Shown here piece after piece: positions 47,134 to 59,830 of a stretch of DNA of 64,000 nt. The stretch lies in NCBI RefSeq assembly GCF_009914755.1, contig NC_060934.1. One strand, written 5' to 3'. The first letter of the stretch is position 1; every line of letters starts with the position of its first letter. The notes below the pieces were generated by a model. The model saw only the letters and a list, made by a program, of their open reading frames with translations, was not told the origin of the DNA and did no database searches. The DNA is from the human T2T-CHM13v2.0 reference genome, Homo sapiens. A program made the position numbers and the translations under genes.

Positions 47134-48187
47134 TCTCCACATTTGGGATGACCTCAGATGGGAGATTTTGCTTCCCTTTTCCTCCAACCTCCATGTACTC
47201 AGCCACCCTCAATCTCTCCATCTCAGAGGACTAAGCTCTGTCCGTGCTGCTTAGAGAAGGCAGTGTGGACCAGCCAAACAAAGCCTGGCTAAAGGGAGTC
47301 TAAAGGAATGTGAAACCCATGGGAATGTACATGGAATACATAAATGTAGATACAAATCGGACCAAAAAGGTGACTCTTTTTAAACTCCTCCTGCCCAACT
47401 ATACTGTAATCCATTCCACATTGAAGGGAGAATGAAAACTACTTTGCGAGCTCCTCTGTAATGTCTTCGTTTTACGATCACCCTACTAGAGATTGGAAAT
47501 TTGCTCATTGACTGTTCAATCCTTCTCAATTTTCCTGCTTGAGTGAACAAGCCCCTCCAAGTATTGTCAGGGGTAGTCCCTGTCATGTGAGTAACAATTG
47601 GCACATGGGTTTTTGCCCAGAGCATGAGTAGGACAGATTGGAAGCACTGTCTCTATGTGGAATGCTGCATTTGCAAGGTCTGTTCCAGGCCACTTGTGCA
47701 GACAGCTGTCTTAGCTGGGATTTTCCACATTGATTTATAAAGTTGAACACTATTAGCTGCAAGTTAGAACATATTTTTAACAAAGGCCATTTATGCAGTA
47801 GGAAATTGTAGACATATAAGAACCAGGAGCAGAACAGAGGCACATAGGTGAGAAACAATCTTAAATAATGTGTAATTGTCATGCCTATGGCCACCCTCAG
47901 CTGGGTGCAGGCCGTGTTCATCATCCTACAGAGAAGGAAGTGAGGGCCAGGACATTCTGGAAACTCACCTGCAGGCACACAGCTAATAAGAGGCGGATTT
48001 CCTTCTGAGGTTTGTGCAGCTGTGGCCAGGCTTTGTCTGGCTGGTCCACACTGCCTTCTCCAAGCAGCACAGATAGAGCTTAGTCCTCTGAGATGGAGAG
48101 ATTGAGGGTGGCTGAGTACATGGAGGTTAGAGGCTGGAGGAAAAGGGAAGCAAAATCTCCCGTCTGAGGTCATCCCAAACGTGGAGA
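47134..48187. repeat. inverted duplication: 47134-47289 is the reverse complement of 48025-48187
   Basis: Manual alignment gives 6 substitutions plus one 7-nt indel over 156 bp, with a 735-bp spacer. Confidence 0.97.
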
Positions 48188-48444
48188 GCAGTGCGTGGCC
48201 ATCAGAGCACAGGCCTGCAGATGCCTGGGACACAGGGCGGAAGGTGGCCCCAGCGGAGGCCTTTGTGCTGCAGCAGTGGGGCCAGGCAGCAGCTTAAGAG
48301 GCCCCTCAGAGAGCGACAGAGACAGTAGGAGACAGCAGCTCGTATCTAAGATGCGGGAGCCCAGTTCTGTGGTTTGTGCCTGGGGGTGCCACTTCCCTGT
48401 GCCTCCTCAGAACAAGAACAATGTACGCCAGGGCTATGGCTCAT

Positions 48445-49230
48445 GTCAGTGAAACCTTAGGTTCAGAGGGTGCAGAATGTAGACACTAGGGTGAACCTTA
48501 CACTGTGTTAAGTTACGGTGTGTGGTAGATGGGAGAGGAGCCCATGTGGGGGCTTTAAGGATCCTTCCAACACAGCCCAGGAAGTTACACTCAGAGGAGC
48601 GTGGAACTAGAAGGTGGGCCCCACTCAAGGCCAGGGACAGGGACGGGGCAGGACACACACACAGGGCCCAGATGGGACGAGTGCCCAGGGAGGGGAGGCA
48701 CCAAGCCTGTGAGGCTGGGAGAGAGGCAGGGAGAGACAGAGACAGAGAGGGAGACAGGGAGAGGAAAAGAGAGTGTCTGAGAGAGAGACACGGAGAGGGA
48801 GAGACAGAGACAGAGTGAGAGATAGAAAGAAACATGGAGATAGACATGCACACAGAGACAGAGAGTGAGAGAGACACACACAGAGACACAGAGATAGAGA
48901 GTGAGAGACACACACACAGAGACAGAGGGAGAGACATAGAAAAAGAGAAAGAGATACAAACAGGGAGACATACGGAGAAAAAGAGAGAGACACACATACA
49001 GAGAGAGAACCCGTGGGTAAGTCACTTTATTGGGGGTCAGGTGAAATGCAACACGGAAAAGGCCTGAGAGGCTTTATCATGCTTTTGAGTGTCACTAGGT
49101 CCCAGTGGGGGAAGGCAAGAAGGGGAGTCTATGGCAGGAAGCACCCCATCACGCTGGGCAGGCGCCTGGTCACCTGGGCAGGGTGCTCACGGCCTTATTG
49201 TGGAAACATGGAAGTATTAGGAAAACACAG
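48445..49230. mobile_element. possible solo LTR containing an expanded GA-rich tract
   Basis: TG...CA-bounded, GC-richer block with a reversed poly(A) signal (ctttattg, ~49026). Family not recognised. Confidence 0.3.
48715..49010. repeat. complex (GA/GACA)n low-complexity tract
   Basis: Directly visible; source of the SLSLS/ERDRE ORFs. Confidence 0.95.
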
Positions 49231-49744
49231 TTTTAAAATTTACTATACATACGGACATCCACACACACCCTTTCCAATCTTGTCTCTTTCAAAAAAGTTA
49301 TTTGTGCTGGACTCAACAGCCACGCAGTGGCCTTCCCAGCAGTGGCTCTGGTTGGAGTAGCACCTAGCCTCCGTTGTGTGCCGTCAGGGCTCATAGGATT
49401 CTCAGGGAAATGGCTGTGATAAAAGGAACGGCGAGGGAGAGAAAAACAGAGGAGTGTGGCAAGACGCCCTCCAATTTTCTTCTTTTTTTTGTAGAGAGGC
49501 AAAAGGTCTATCATGCATGATTAAAACTTTAATTAAGTATGCTTGAATTCTAGTTTAAAATGTAGTTTCACTATTCATTGGACACTTTAAATTCTCCAAT
49601 AAGATGATAAATATCAGTTGCCATAGAAATGTTACTGCTCGAAATGTTATTAAAAGTAGGTTTTTGTTATCTGGCAAAACTCACTATAGGGATTATTATT
49701 GATAATGATAGGGAGATTCCTTGTGAGATGAAGTAAGAAAGAAG

Positions 49745-49975
49745 GAAACTGGCATTTGTCAAGGGACTAGGAATGCCCACTGCTGTTCCTTGTTTTGCAG
49801 GCATGGTCTCATTTACTTTGTTTCACCAAAATTGCAGGTGAGTTTTACCCCCCATTTTATAGTTGAAGAAATTGAAACGCAGAGACAAAATATTCTGTAC
49901 AAGATCACAGAGCCGAGAATGTGGGAAGCACCGAACTAGGTGACTTTCAAACCTTTGAACTCAACATCACCTTCT
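49745..49975 (-). mobile_element. MIR
   Basis: 'cccattttatagttgaagaaattgaaacgcagaga...caagatcacagagc'. Confidence 0.75.
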
Positions 49976-52016
49976 CTCTCCAATAATCCAGAAAGGAATG
50001 CATGATTTAGCTTCCAAAACAGAGCTTCCAAAAATTAAACACACTATTTACTGAGAGTTGATAGGATTCTACAGAACAATAAATCTCTTAAAAAACATTA
50101 AAATGAATTGTAAAAACTACTAAATTTGCTCAGAGCTGTCACTTCATTTTATAATTACTGGGAAATATGATATCATGGATCGACAATGTCTGCCCGCAGG
50201 TGATTTGGCTTCAATCTAATGGAGTTGCAAGAGAAATGAATACTGGAAATTCAATTTCTGCTTCTTTGGTGGAGAGGTTTAGTTGTTTCTCTGCCTTGAG
50301 TCCCACACTGTGACATCATTCTAATAGAAATAGAAGAACGGCTGGCCAAATTTAGGACATGCATGAACTTTGTGATTTCATACATTTGAAATACATTCAA
50401 ATCTTTAGAAGTCCGTTTGTGAACTATAAAATAAAAGAACATTACTTCCCTTTTCCAAGAAAAGTGCCTCCCAATGTCTTCTTGGACGTGATATTTCCTC
50501 CACAAAATCAGGCTTCAATGAGCTAAGTGTGAGTAAATTAGAAACATATGTACCAAATGGTCTCTGTTATAAACTCCTTTATTAAGGAAACACTCAAATG
50601 CTCTAACAATGAACAGGACAATCTGAAGATTTCGGTACACATTAAACCTGCTTAAAAACTCCTAATTCAACACCTTTATGGGAGTATAACTTAACTAGAG
50701 TGCACCAATTCTAACGCTTAGTACTCAAGTCATTAGCTCTTCTTAAAACCAAGTCTAAATGCAATTTAAGATAAAATACTCCTTTGTAGCAGTCCCTCCA
50801 AGCAGCAAAGTCACCTCAGAAGGAGACAATAAATATATAAATACAAACCAACACAAAAAGCAAAATTCAAAGAAGGAAAAAAATCATACTTTTGATCTGG
50901 GCATTTCCATTCAAGCTTTTCTGAAAGGTGAAAGAGGTGGGATAGTTTTTCTATTAGAAATGGCTATCAGAATTTTTCATGTTTGTCTTAGAGAAACTGA
51001 AATTGATTTATGTTTAATAAATAGCACGCAACACAATGCAAATACAGAAAAAATCTACAACACATTGTATGTAAATATCAACACGTTGTCAACTCCTCAA
51101 TACATCTCCCAAGGAATTTGCACTCTGACTTATTTTCATGTTATTGGGAACGGATTACAATTGTTTTCCCGTGCATTTGAGAATGCTTGTGATCCCAGAA
51201 GATATACGTTAGAACCTTTACTTTGAGAAGATTTGGAATGACAATAGCTGTCATTCTCTCTTACTTTTAAGTATAGTTTTATGCATGATCTATAGATCTT
51301 AAAAAAATTCAAGAAGTTTTAAAATCCATAATTTATGTCTCAATTCTTACTCTATATATTCTTATATCAGCAGCCCTGGTATACCATAACATCTTTGACA
51401 AACCCTGGGTTCTGTTCACCTTATAAGGCATCTTCTCCAATGGAATGCAGCCAGCCCTGTGTATTTCATCAACCTTCAAAGATCAGTTCTGTTTCAGTGC
51501 AGGATGACTGTGTTTTGGCAAGAAGCAACGAAGTCTTGAGTGTGTGGAGGATTTAAAAATCAATCTAATCTTTCATAACAGCACCAATGGCCCTTTTAGT
51601 TTTAATGTCCCCAAATAATAAAGGATGGTTGTTGAACTGGATATAGCAGGCTTAGCAGATTGTTTTTCTAATTGGTGTTTTTTTCATCTTAACTTCAACC
51701 TTGGCATTTTCCTTCTGGATTTGAACACAGCATTTCCTCAAGTGGGCGCCAGAGGAACTTGAGAACCCCAGCCTTTGTGCACGGCTGTGCAACCTGGACT
51801 TTGTCGAGACAGGAGTGCATTACCATGACATTTAAGGAGGAGAACAAGCTGCTCTGAATTGTGTCAATCTCACTTGTGATCTATTTTTGAACAATGTACT
51901 AGAAAGATATTCCCGTTCACACAGAACTAGTGATTTACCCTCTGGTGGATTCTACCCCTCCAGCTACTTGGCGATAAATAAAGCCAGAGTGGAGAGAGAG
52001 TGTAAATAAAAATTAA

Positions 52017-52378
<362 letters not shown>

Positions 52379-52455
52379 TTGATGAGGTACTTTTCAAGTC
52401 TTCTTAATTGCCATATAAAATAAGGCCTCTGGTAATCAAAAGCCCTAAAAAAAAT

Positions 52456-52577
52456 GTTGGGGGGGGGTTGTCCACCTTGGTTGGGGAGGGTTGTCCACCT
52501 TGGTTGGAGGGGGTTGTCCACCTTGGTTGTGGGGGGGTTGTCCACCTTGGTTGTGGGGGTTGTCCACTTTGGTTGTC
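52456..52577. repeat. G-rich minisatellite, 22-24-bp unit, 5 copies
   Basis: Core ggttgtccaccttggttg separated by variable G tracts; tccac at 52471, 52494, 52517, 52541 and 52563. Confidence 0.96.
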
Positions 52578-52799
52578 TTCAAATTTTCCTTGTTGGTTTT
52601 TCACTTTCCAACTTCATTGCCATTTCAGTAACTCCTGGGGGTATATGGCACCCCGCAAACCTGGCGCTGCCATGGCCGGACAGAGAATCCAGGAGCTCTG
52701 ATCCTCCCACCAATACCTACTGTGGTGTGGAAACTCTCCTGTCTCTTTTACTGAGCCAAGATAATGTTAGACAGCCTTCAAAGAAGTGCTTTAACAATT

Positions 52800-53062
52800 A
52801 AGAGAGCGAAAGAAATATATGTATAGAAAGAGAAAGAAACAGAGACAGACAAGCAGATACACACACACACAGAGGGAAAGAGAGAAAGCTGGAGGGGAGA
52901 GAATAGATAGGAAGAAATATAGAGAGATATATAAAGAGACAGAGAAATGGAGAGAGACAGATACATACAGAGAGAGATAGCAAGAGGGAATAGAAAGGGA
53001 GAAATGGAGAGAGAGGAATAGAGAGACAGAAAAATAGAGAGCAACAGATAGGGAGAGAAAAG
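52800..53062. repeat. GA-rich low-complexity tract
   Basis: Directly visible. Confidence 0.92.
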
Positions 53063-53469
53063 CAAAATAGAACAGCAGTGCAGTAACACAGTATAAATTC
53101 CTAAAACAGTGTGTAGCCACACATTTATTTGGTCATCACTATGTACTGGTTTTTGGACGTCTGTCTCTTTATTCCCTTTGTCCTGAGTGGCTTGCTGTGG
53201 ACATAGTCTCTATCTGGTTCTTGGGCTAGTGGTACTCTCTCTCAGGGAAACAGTGGCTCCACCCCTCGGCTCTACGTGAGTCTAGGGACTTCGGGCCTGG
53301 AAGTTGGAGACCTTCCTTCGTTTCACAAAATCTGCACCACATCAGGTTTCTCCTGCCACTAAAAGCAGAAAACAGCTCTTCCTTTTTCTGCGTCCGTGGG
53401 CGGTAACTGGCTGCCCTTTCAGTTCCCGTTTCCCGTCTAGGACGTCCTAATTTTGAACAGAACAAACAG

Positions 53470-54880
53470 CACTTGCAACACCCAACCCATCAGGAAATCC
53501 CGTTGTCTCTGCCTTTGGAAGATCCAGAACCTCATGGATTGTTACCATTTCCCAGCTACTCACCATTGCAGCTGGAAACACCGTCCTCTGTCACTGGATT
53601 CCCACGCGCACCCGCCAGCTCCCCTGCTCCAGAGCCTGGCTCCTTCCGCAGCAGCGAGAGGGTCCCCACGCAAGCCAGCCTCAGGTGCTCACTTCAGCAG
53701 CACATCTGCTAAAACTGGAACATACAGAGAAGAGGAACCTGGCCCCTGTGTAAACATGACATGGAAATTCATGGGACATTCCATATTTTTATGAATATAC
53801 TAAAAGCCGCTGAATTGTAGGCATTGAAAATAATACATTTTATGGCATGTGAATTATATCTCAATTCAGCTACTGTAAACTAAATAAACAAAAGTAAACC
53901 ATGCCCATCCTCCGCTCAAAGCCCTGCAATGGTTATTTCATTCAAAGTAAAGTCTATGTTCTTAAAAAAGCCAAAAAGCTTCCTGTGATCTAACATCTCC
54001 CATTCCCATCATTTACAATCTGATTCTTTCTCTAGTTATTTTTCCCCTTACTTCAGGCGGATGCCAATTTGCACTGTTCCAGGAATGTGCCAGGTACCTC
54101 GCCCCCCTAGCTGTCCCTTGTTAAGAACCCCTGCAAAGACAGGGTGGACTCGCGGCCCCCAAATTTGGTTCAATGTTGAGATCAATGATGCCACACACAC
54201 ACACACACACACACCAAGACAGTATAACAAGGTGTATTTACATAATGGCAGAACAGGGCAAACCTCTTAAGCAGGTCTCAAACAGTGTGAAAGAGCAAGG
54301 AAAGGTGCATAGCTGGGGGTTTTACTGTGGTGAGCAGGGGGTTGGGGTTGGGTAAAGGTGCCCAGATTGAGGGCTTGCGTGATCTGAATCTCCTGCCAGT
54401 GTCCAAGTGGGAGCACTTGAGCTTTCTTCTCAGCTTGTCCAGATGTGGGACAAGCTGAAGAGAGGCCCAGGACAAACATTTGGCCAGTGAGGCTTAAATG
54501 TTTTCAAGCAGCAGAAACTGGAGTCAGCCTCTTTATCACACAGCTATTTAATAAAACCTCGGGAGCTCAGTAAGACCTATCCTGAGCACACCCTGCAAAA
54601 TCCTCCTTCATACCTCATCGGCTTCTCCCCCATCTGTGTTCTTGGCTCGGGGTTGTCTTTTTCACACATCGCTGGCCACCTTCTAATGTGCCCTGTCATT
54701 TTCCTAAAATATTCAGAACTTGTTATCAGGGTTCCCCTGGGTCCTCTCCTGACCTGCTAAAAATGAACTGCTTGAGGGCAGAGGTCTTCCATCCAAATGC
54801 AGATGAATTCCGAGTGCCTGCAGCAGACCTGGCACCAAGCAGATGCTCCATACGTACATGTTGAGTGAGTGAATTCAGGT
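53470..54880 (+). mobile_element. fragmented L2 with later insertions (short L1M 3' end at ~53790-53885; LTR-like block at ~54118-54545)
   Basis: L2 3' text ('cccatcaggaaatcccgttgtctctgcc', 'cctggcacca...tgctcca..catgttgagtgagtgaat') and an L1M terminus 'ttttatggcatgtgaattatatctcaat'. Confidence 0.6.
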
Positions 54881-54920
54881 GCTTAAGAAGCACTCAGCAT
54901 CCATTCAATAACCTGGTTCT

Positions 54921-55004
54921 ATAGGTTGGTGAAAAAGTAACTGTATTTTTTTTTAACCATTACTTTTTAGTGGCAAAACCGCAATTACTTTTGCACCAAC
55001 CAAT
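54921..55004. mobile_element. MADE1 (Hsmar1-derived MITE)
   Basis: taggttggtgaaaaagtaactg...ccattactttttagtggcaaaaccgcaattacttttgcaccaacc matches the ~80-bp palindromic MADE1 consensus. Confidence 0.93.
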
Positions 55005-55999
55005 GGTTGTCAAATTCTCTTTGGTGGCTCACCTCCTCAGTTATTTTTCAACATGAATCTTAGCCCTTGGGGCTATCAGAATTTTACTAGTGGTTAAATT
55101 ATTGAAGCAGTCTCATGCATATGAGAAGTAAATTAGACATTTATACCAGAAATTTTAATTATCTCTGACAACTTTAATAACTATAATAATTCCAGTTAAT
55201 TCTAACTAGAGTTACTGTGGTTATTGAAAAATTAGTTTGATTTTGAATGTTTACTCAAAGGTGAGTCATTAAGTTGTAATTGTAAAAATCGGTTCAATTT
55301 TTAAGTGAGATAGGATGACTGGGGCAGTGTTCTAAGAGGCTGTGAGGTAAGGGGGGGAGTTGGATTCTACTGTGTTTCAACCACTAATTAACTATGAGTT
55401 ATTTCATCCACTACATTGAACAATCTGTCGCTATAATAGGGCTAATATGAATTAAAACATGAATGCTAAAAGAGTATATTTATTTTATCATATGCAGTGT
55501 TAGGGTAACAGACAATAGAAGTACCAAGTTGTCCTTTACTTGGCTTTAAAGCAGAGATTATAAAGGAACCAAAAAAATATATAGAACATGTAATGAAGGT
55601 CTTTCCTTTTGATGCATTTAGGACACTTCCTCTCAGGATTCGTATCTTGCACTGGAATAACAGTGGTGACTGGCTGTGTCTTTAACCTTACTTTCTGCTG
55701 TCATGGCTTGTCTATGAGGATTTTCTGGGGCGTTTGCCATTACGATTGTCTTTTAGCAGTAGAATTTAACAAGAAAATTCCAGGGGCAACACTCTGGTTG
55801 AAGATCTGCACAATCCCTATACCTGCAACCTCTTCTCAGAATTTCCCTGCACTTCCTGGCATTAACCGCAACCAGGAATCATGATGGAGATTCAGCATCC
55901 TTGGTAGCCATTTTTGCAGGAAGTTGCATGTTTTTCTGCATCCCAGAACCTCAGTTCCAGAGGTGGGTCTCCTGTCCTCCCTGTTGCTCAGTGTCACCT

Positions 56000-56870
56000 T
56001 CCACACCAATCTCCAAAGCTTCTACTGCTCCTTTGAAATTATGACATCTGGTTTTACAGATTTTCAGAGTTTCTACTTTTTCTGTCATTAAATAAGCGCC
56101 AGCTCATTTCTTCTATTCTTCAAAAACACATTTCCCTAATGATTTACATTCACCTTCTCAACACTTCATTTCATTCTTAGAGACTTTAGTGCTCTTGCCA
56201 TGGCTCTCTGAAATGTTGAACTATTTCTTCCTTTATGTGCTCATGGTCATGACTTTCCTCCATGATTTCTGAGCCACCAACATATAGAAATTACCTGAAT
56301 TCGCTAACACTCTTATATGAAAAATCCAGTTGTCCCATTCTCCAATCACAATAATCTCTTACTGCTTTGCTTCCTTTGCTTAAGCGCCACATAAAAAAAA
56401 TGCAACCTCACACAGACCCTTCATTTTCTCTTTATCAATTACTTCTGTCTTTATTTCTTGACTTACCTGGTTTATATTGCCTGGATCATGAATAAGTCTA
56501 TCCCCTTGGAAATATTCTCACTTCCATTCCCTCCTTTTCCTCCTAGAAACACTTTAACCCTAGATGATTCAGAAATTTGTCTTCATTGTGCTTATAATGA
56601 CCAATACTGCATAACATCATTAAATTTGGCAGCTAAGTGTCACCATATATTCATAAATTTCAAAACAAAATGGTCACTCAATGTTATATTATAGTCAGCT
56701 AACCCTCGCAGGCTTTCTGTGCTATTTCATAATATGCCTTTTTCCAAATTTTCTACTTCTCTTCCCTTGCATTATGATTCATTAATGACTTTGCCATGAG
56801 ATGGGAGCTGTGTTTTTCTTCAGTCACCAAATCTGCAAGTCTTCCTGCACCTGCACCTATTTTCTTTTAT
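56000..56870 (+). mobile_element. degenerate L2 body
   Basis: Pyrimidine-rich L2-like text, e.g. 'tttcctccatgatttc...cttcctttgcttaagc', 'tcttcctgcacctgcacctat'. Confidence 0.45.
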
Positions 56871-57084
56871 TTTTTAATTGTACAAGCATACAATGCTACC
56901 AAATGTGGATTCACTTTCTGTGATGAATTAAAAATGTTCAATAGGCAATTATTACATCCTTCACTTTCTAGGATTTGGGGCATAGTAGTAAAAATGATAG
57001 ATTAGATTTCCTTTCCCATTGAAATTTTATTCTAGTGGATGAATAAACAGACAAATAACTAAGATATTAGATAATTACAATGAA

Positions 57085-58215
57085 GATATTAGATATCTAC
57101 ATTCTTAACAAATTTTCAGTACACAATACAATGTTACTAACTTCATTTATTACCTGTTTAACTCATGGTTTACATTTACTTTTTAGACATTCATCTGAGA
57201 TAACCACATCTTTTCACCTTTACCGTTTGTCTCCTTAACTCACCATCCCCTAGTTTTCATGTCTTTTTAGTCTCCATTGGTCTGGGAGAATTTCTTCAGA
57301 TTTATTTGTGTATCATGACCTTGATGCTCTTGAAGAGTACTGGTCAGTTATTTTGTAGATTGTCCCTCAATTTCAATGTCTCTGATGGTTTCTCATGATT
57401 AGATTGAGGTGATGAGTATTCGGCAAAAATACTGTCTCTGGCAGTTCTTTATAGCAGTGTAAGAATGGACCAATACACCCACCACTGCGATGTTCCTCAG
57501 TTCCCAAGGTCCTGGGTCTGCCTGATTTCTTCTCTCCATTTCTTCTTTAGAATCTTCACATAAAAAATATGTATGTATACGTTTCAAGATTTTTTTATTA
57601 CACTTAGAAAGATAAAGTATTTCTACTCTAGTTTTTCCAGTAAGCAAAATTCTAGAAGAAGCAGAAGCCTGTTTTCTAACTTTTAAAAAGTTTTTTTTGT
57701 ATTTTTATTGAGATTGTGTTAACTTTGTAATGTAACTTAACTTTTCATAGAATTAACAGGTATATAATGTTGAGTCTTTCTCTTTGAGAATAATAAATGT
57801 TTTCCTGTTTGTTCAAATCTACGTTTATGTTTTTCAGGGATGGTTTTAAATTTTCTTCCTGCTACTTTTACACATTTAAAAAAGTTTATTAGCAAATTCA
57901 CTAAGTTTATTTTCAAGGAGAACCATCGTTATTGAAATTGTAAATTGTGTACTCTCTACTGTTGTATCTTTTTAACTTTTTTTTGTGATATGGAAGCTAT
58001 TATTTGTAATACTTACTAAATTCTTTCATTGTTTGAGTTGGTTTTATCATTGTTTATATAGAATTTTGCAGTTATACTATCATTTTATCTGCATATATAG
58101 AATGTTTTGCTTGTTGCTTTTATCAATTATTAATCATCTGATTAATTTATCTTGCCTAATTTCATTGACTAATACCTCCTGTACGCTGTTAAACAGTAAT
58201 GCAGATACAGTTTTT
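57085..58215 (-). mobile_element. old L1M fragments
   Basis: 'tcatgaccttgatgctcttgaagagtactggtcagttattttgtaga.tgtccctcaattt' and antisense ORF2-like text from ~57700. Confidence 0.7.
57434..57477 (+). mobile_element. terminal 44-bp remnant of a THE1/MST LTR
   Basis: gtctctggcagttctttatagcagtgtaagaatggaccaataca matches the THE1/MST 3' terminus. Confidence 0.75.
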
Positions 58216-58493
58216 CAGGAATAGAATCTAGCTGATATATGAGGAATTAGAATATTGCCCCTGTGAAATCACCCAGCCCTGGTGAGGTTTTAGGTTTTTT
58301 GTTGTTGTTTTTGTTTGTTTATTGTTGTTTTGCTTGCTTTGGTTTTGTATAGTTCCTGGAATACGTTCTTCTCCATAGAAATTAATCTGTTTACACTTTC
58401 TGTGTTTAATGGGGTCAGTTTTGGGATGCAGGTAAATCATTGACCAAATTGCTTCTTTTGCCACTTGTCTGTTTCTGACCTTGCAGGGATCAC

Positions 58494-58538
58494 CTGCGAT
58501 ATGAGGGACTGCGATATGATGGACTGCGACATGATGGT
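58494..58538. repeat. 15-bp tandem repeat x3 (ctgcgatatgatgga)
   Basis: ctgcgatatgaggga / ctgcgatatgatgga / ctgcgacatgatggt. Confidence 0.92.
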
Positions 58539-59684
58539 CCTGGTGACCAAGGTTACATGGAGAGTGAGTAATATTTTAGTGAAATGACTACTAATGTTAT
58601 GTGCTGCTGTGCACCTGTTTCTAATTGCCCTGACTCTAGTGTTGTGCTTCCTAAGCAAAATCTTTGCTTTTCAAGTTACTTCATTATTAACTCAAGCAGT
58701 ATTACTAAAAATGGGAAAAAAATCTCTTACACACATTACTTACTTTTAGTTTGGAAAGCTATCACAATAAAATTATTTTACTTAATTCTTCTTGGTATTT
58801 TATCTTCTAAGTGCTTCAATGGTTCATAACATTTTGCTAACATTGAAGATAATTTTTTCTTCTCTTATGCATGAATTCATTGTTCCTGATTTGGATAATA
58901 TGATGCAATATTTCCACAGCCTTCCAACACCCTTCACTCTGATTGTGTCATCAATATGATGATTCACAAGAATGTCCAGAGAGACCCTATATTTCCCAAC
59001 ACATGTCTCCATGAGATAGGAGCAATGATTCTTGGCATAGCCTTGTAATATGTATACATTTTTTTAAAGTCTTTGCTGAATAAAAGCAAATTGAGTCTGA
59101 AATTCCTTATCAAAATGGAAAAAATTCAAAAAACAAAACCTACTAGAGGAGTCTATTTGTGCTATTTATAATCCCAGGGCATTAAGCATTTATTTCTGAA
59201 CCTGGATAATATTTCTTGAGATTTTTTTCACAGATTCCTTTGACAACCAATGATTGGCTGTTCCTGCCATGATTTGCTACATTGTCTGAGTAGCCAAATT
59301 AGGAAATTATGTTATAATTCTCTTCTTCCTTTTCCAAATATTTCATGTTTTGAGAGATTATTTTTTCCGTCTTTTAGCCTGATTCTACACCTGAGGTTTC
59401 AACTATGAATTCTAGGAAGGATCATTTGATTTGTTCCAATTTAAATAGTTCTCAATGCTGGCACAGTTGTATTTATTATCAGAATTTTAGTTTTCTATTT
59501 TCAAATGCTAGGAACAATTCTGCACTTTTCAGACAATTTGTCACTTATGGTCCAGTATAGTCAATGCTAATTTTATGTTGATTTTTTTTAATCTATCTTT
59601 AAGGTTTTAAATCAGATACAATCTGCTCCTATCATTATGTTGAAAATGGAGGAAATCAACTTTCATATGAGACCACCACTACTC

Positions 59685-59830
59685 ATTTAGTGGTGAGTAG
59701 CGCAATGCTTTGAGCAAGTACTGAATCTGAATCCCATCCATACTAATTACATTTGTGAATACTTGGACATATTGTACATCTCTTCTGGATCTTACTAGCT
59801 ACCTCTATAAAATTTTACTAATAATTTTAA
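59685..59830 (+). mobile_element. MIR fragment
   Basis: 'gctttgag...ctgaatctgaatccc...tgtgaatacttggaca...ctctataaaat...taataat'. Confidence 0.6.

Noticed and set aside
47583-48233. Longest ORF in the track (216 aa, minus strand)
   Set aside because: No recognisable domain and random-looking composition. It crosses the inverted-duplication donor arm and has no supporting gene structure.
48446-49067. Overlapping 77-183 aa ORFs (SLSLS/ERDRE)
   Set aside because: Stop-poor reading frames of the GA-rich simple repeat. The same applies to 52778-53122 and 22156-22431.
51934-51950. CTCF-like core (ccaccagaggg on the minus strand)
   Set aside because: It lacks the conserved downstream C, and a single partial motif is not supportable.
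52456-52577. Constant repeat with variable spacers resembling a CRISPR array
   Set aside because: The spacers are only short G runs, the DNA is primate and no cas genes are present. It is a minisatellite.
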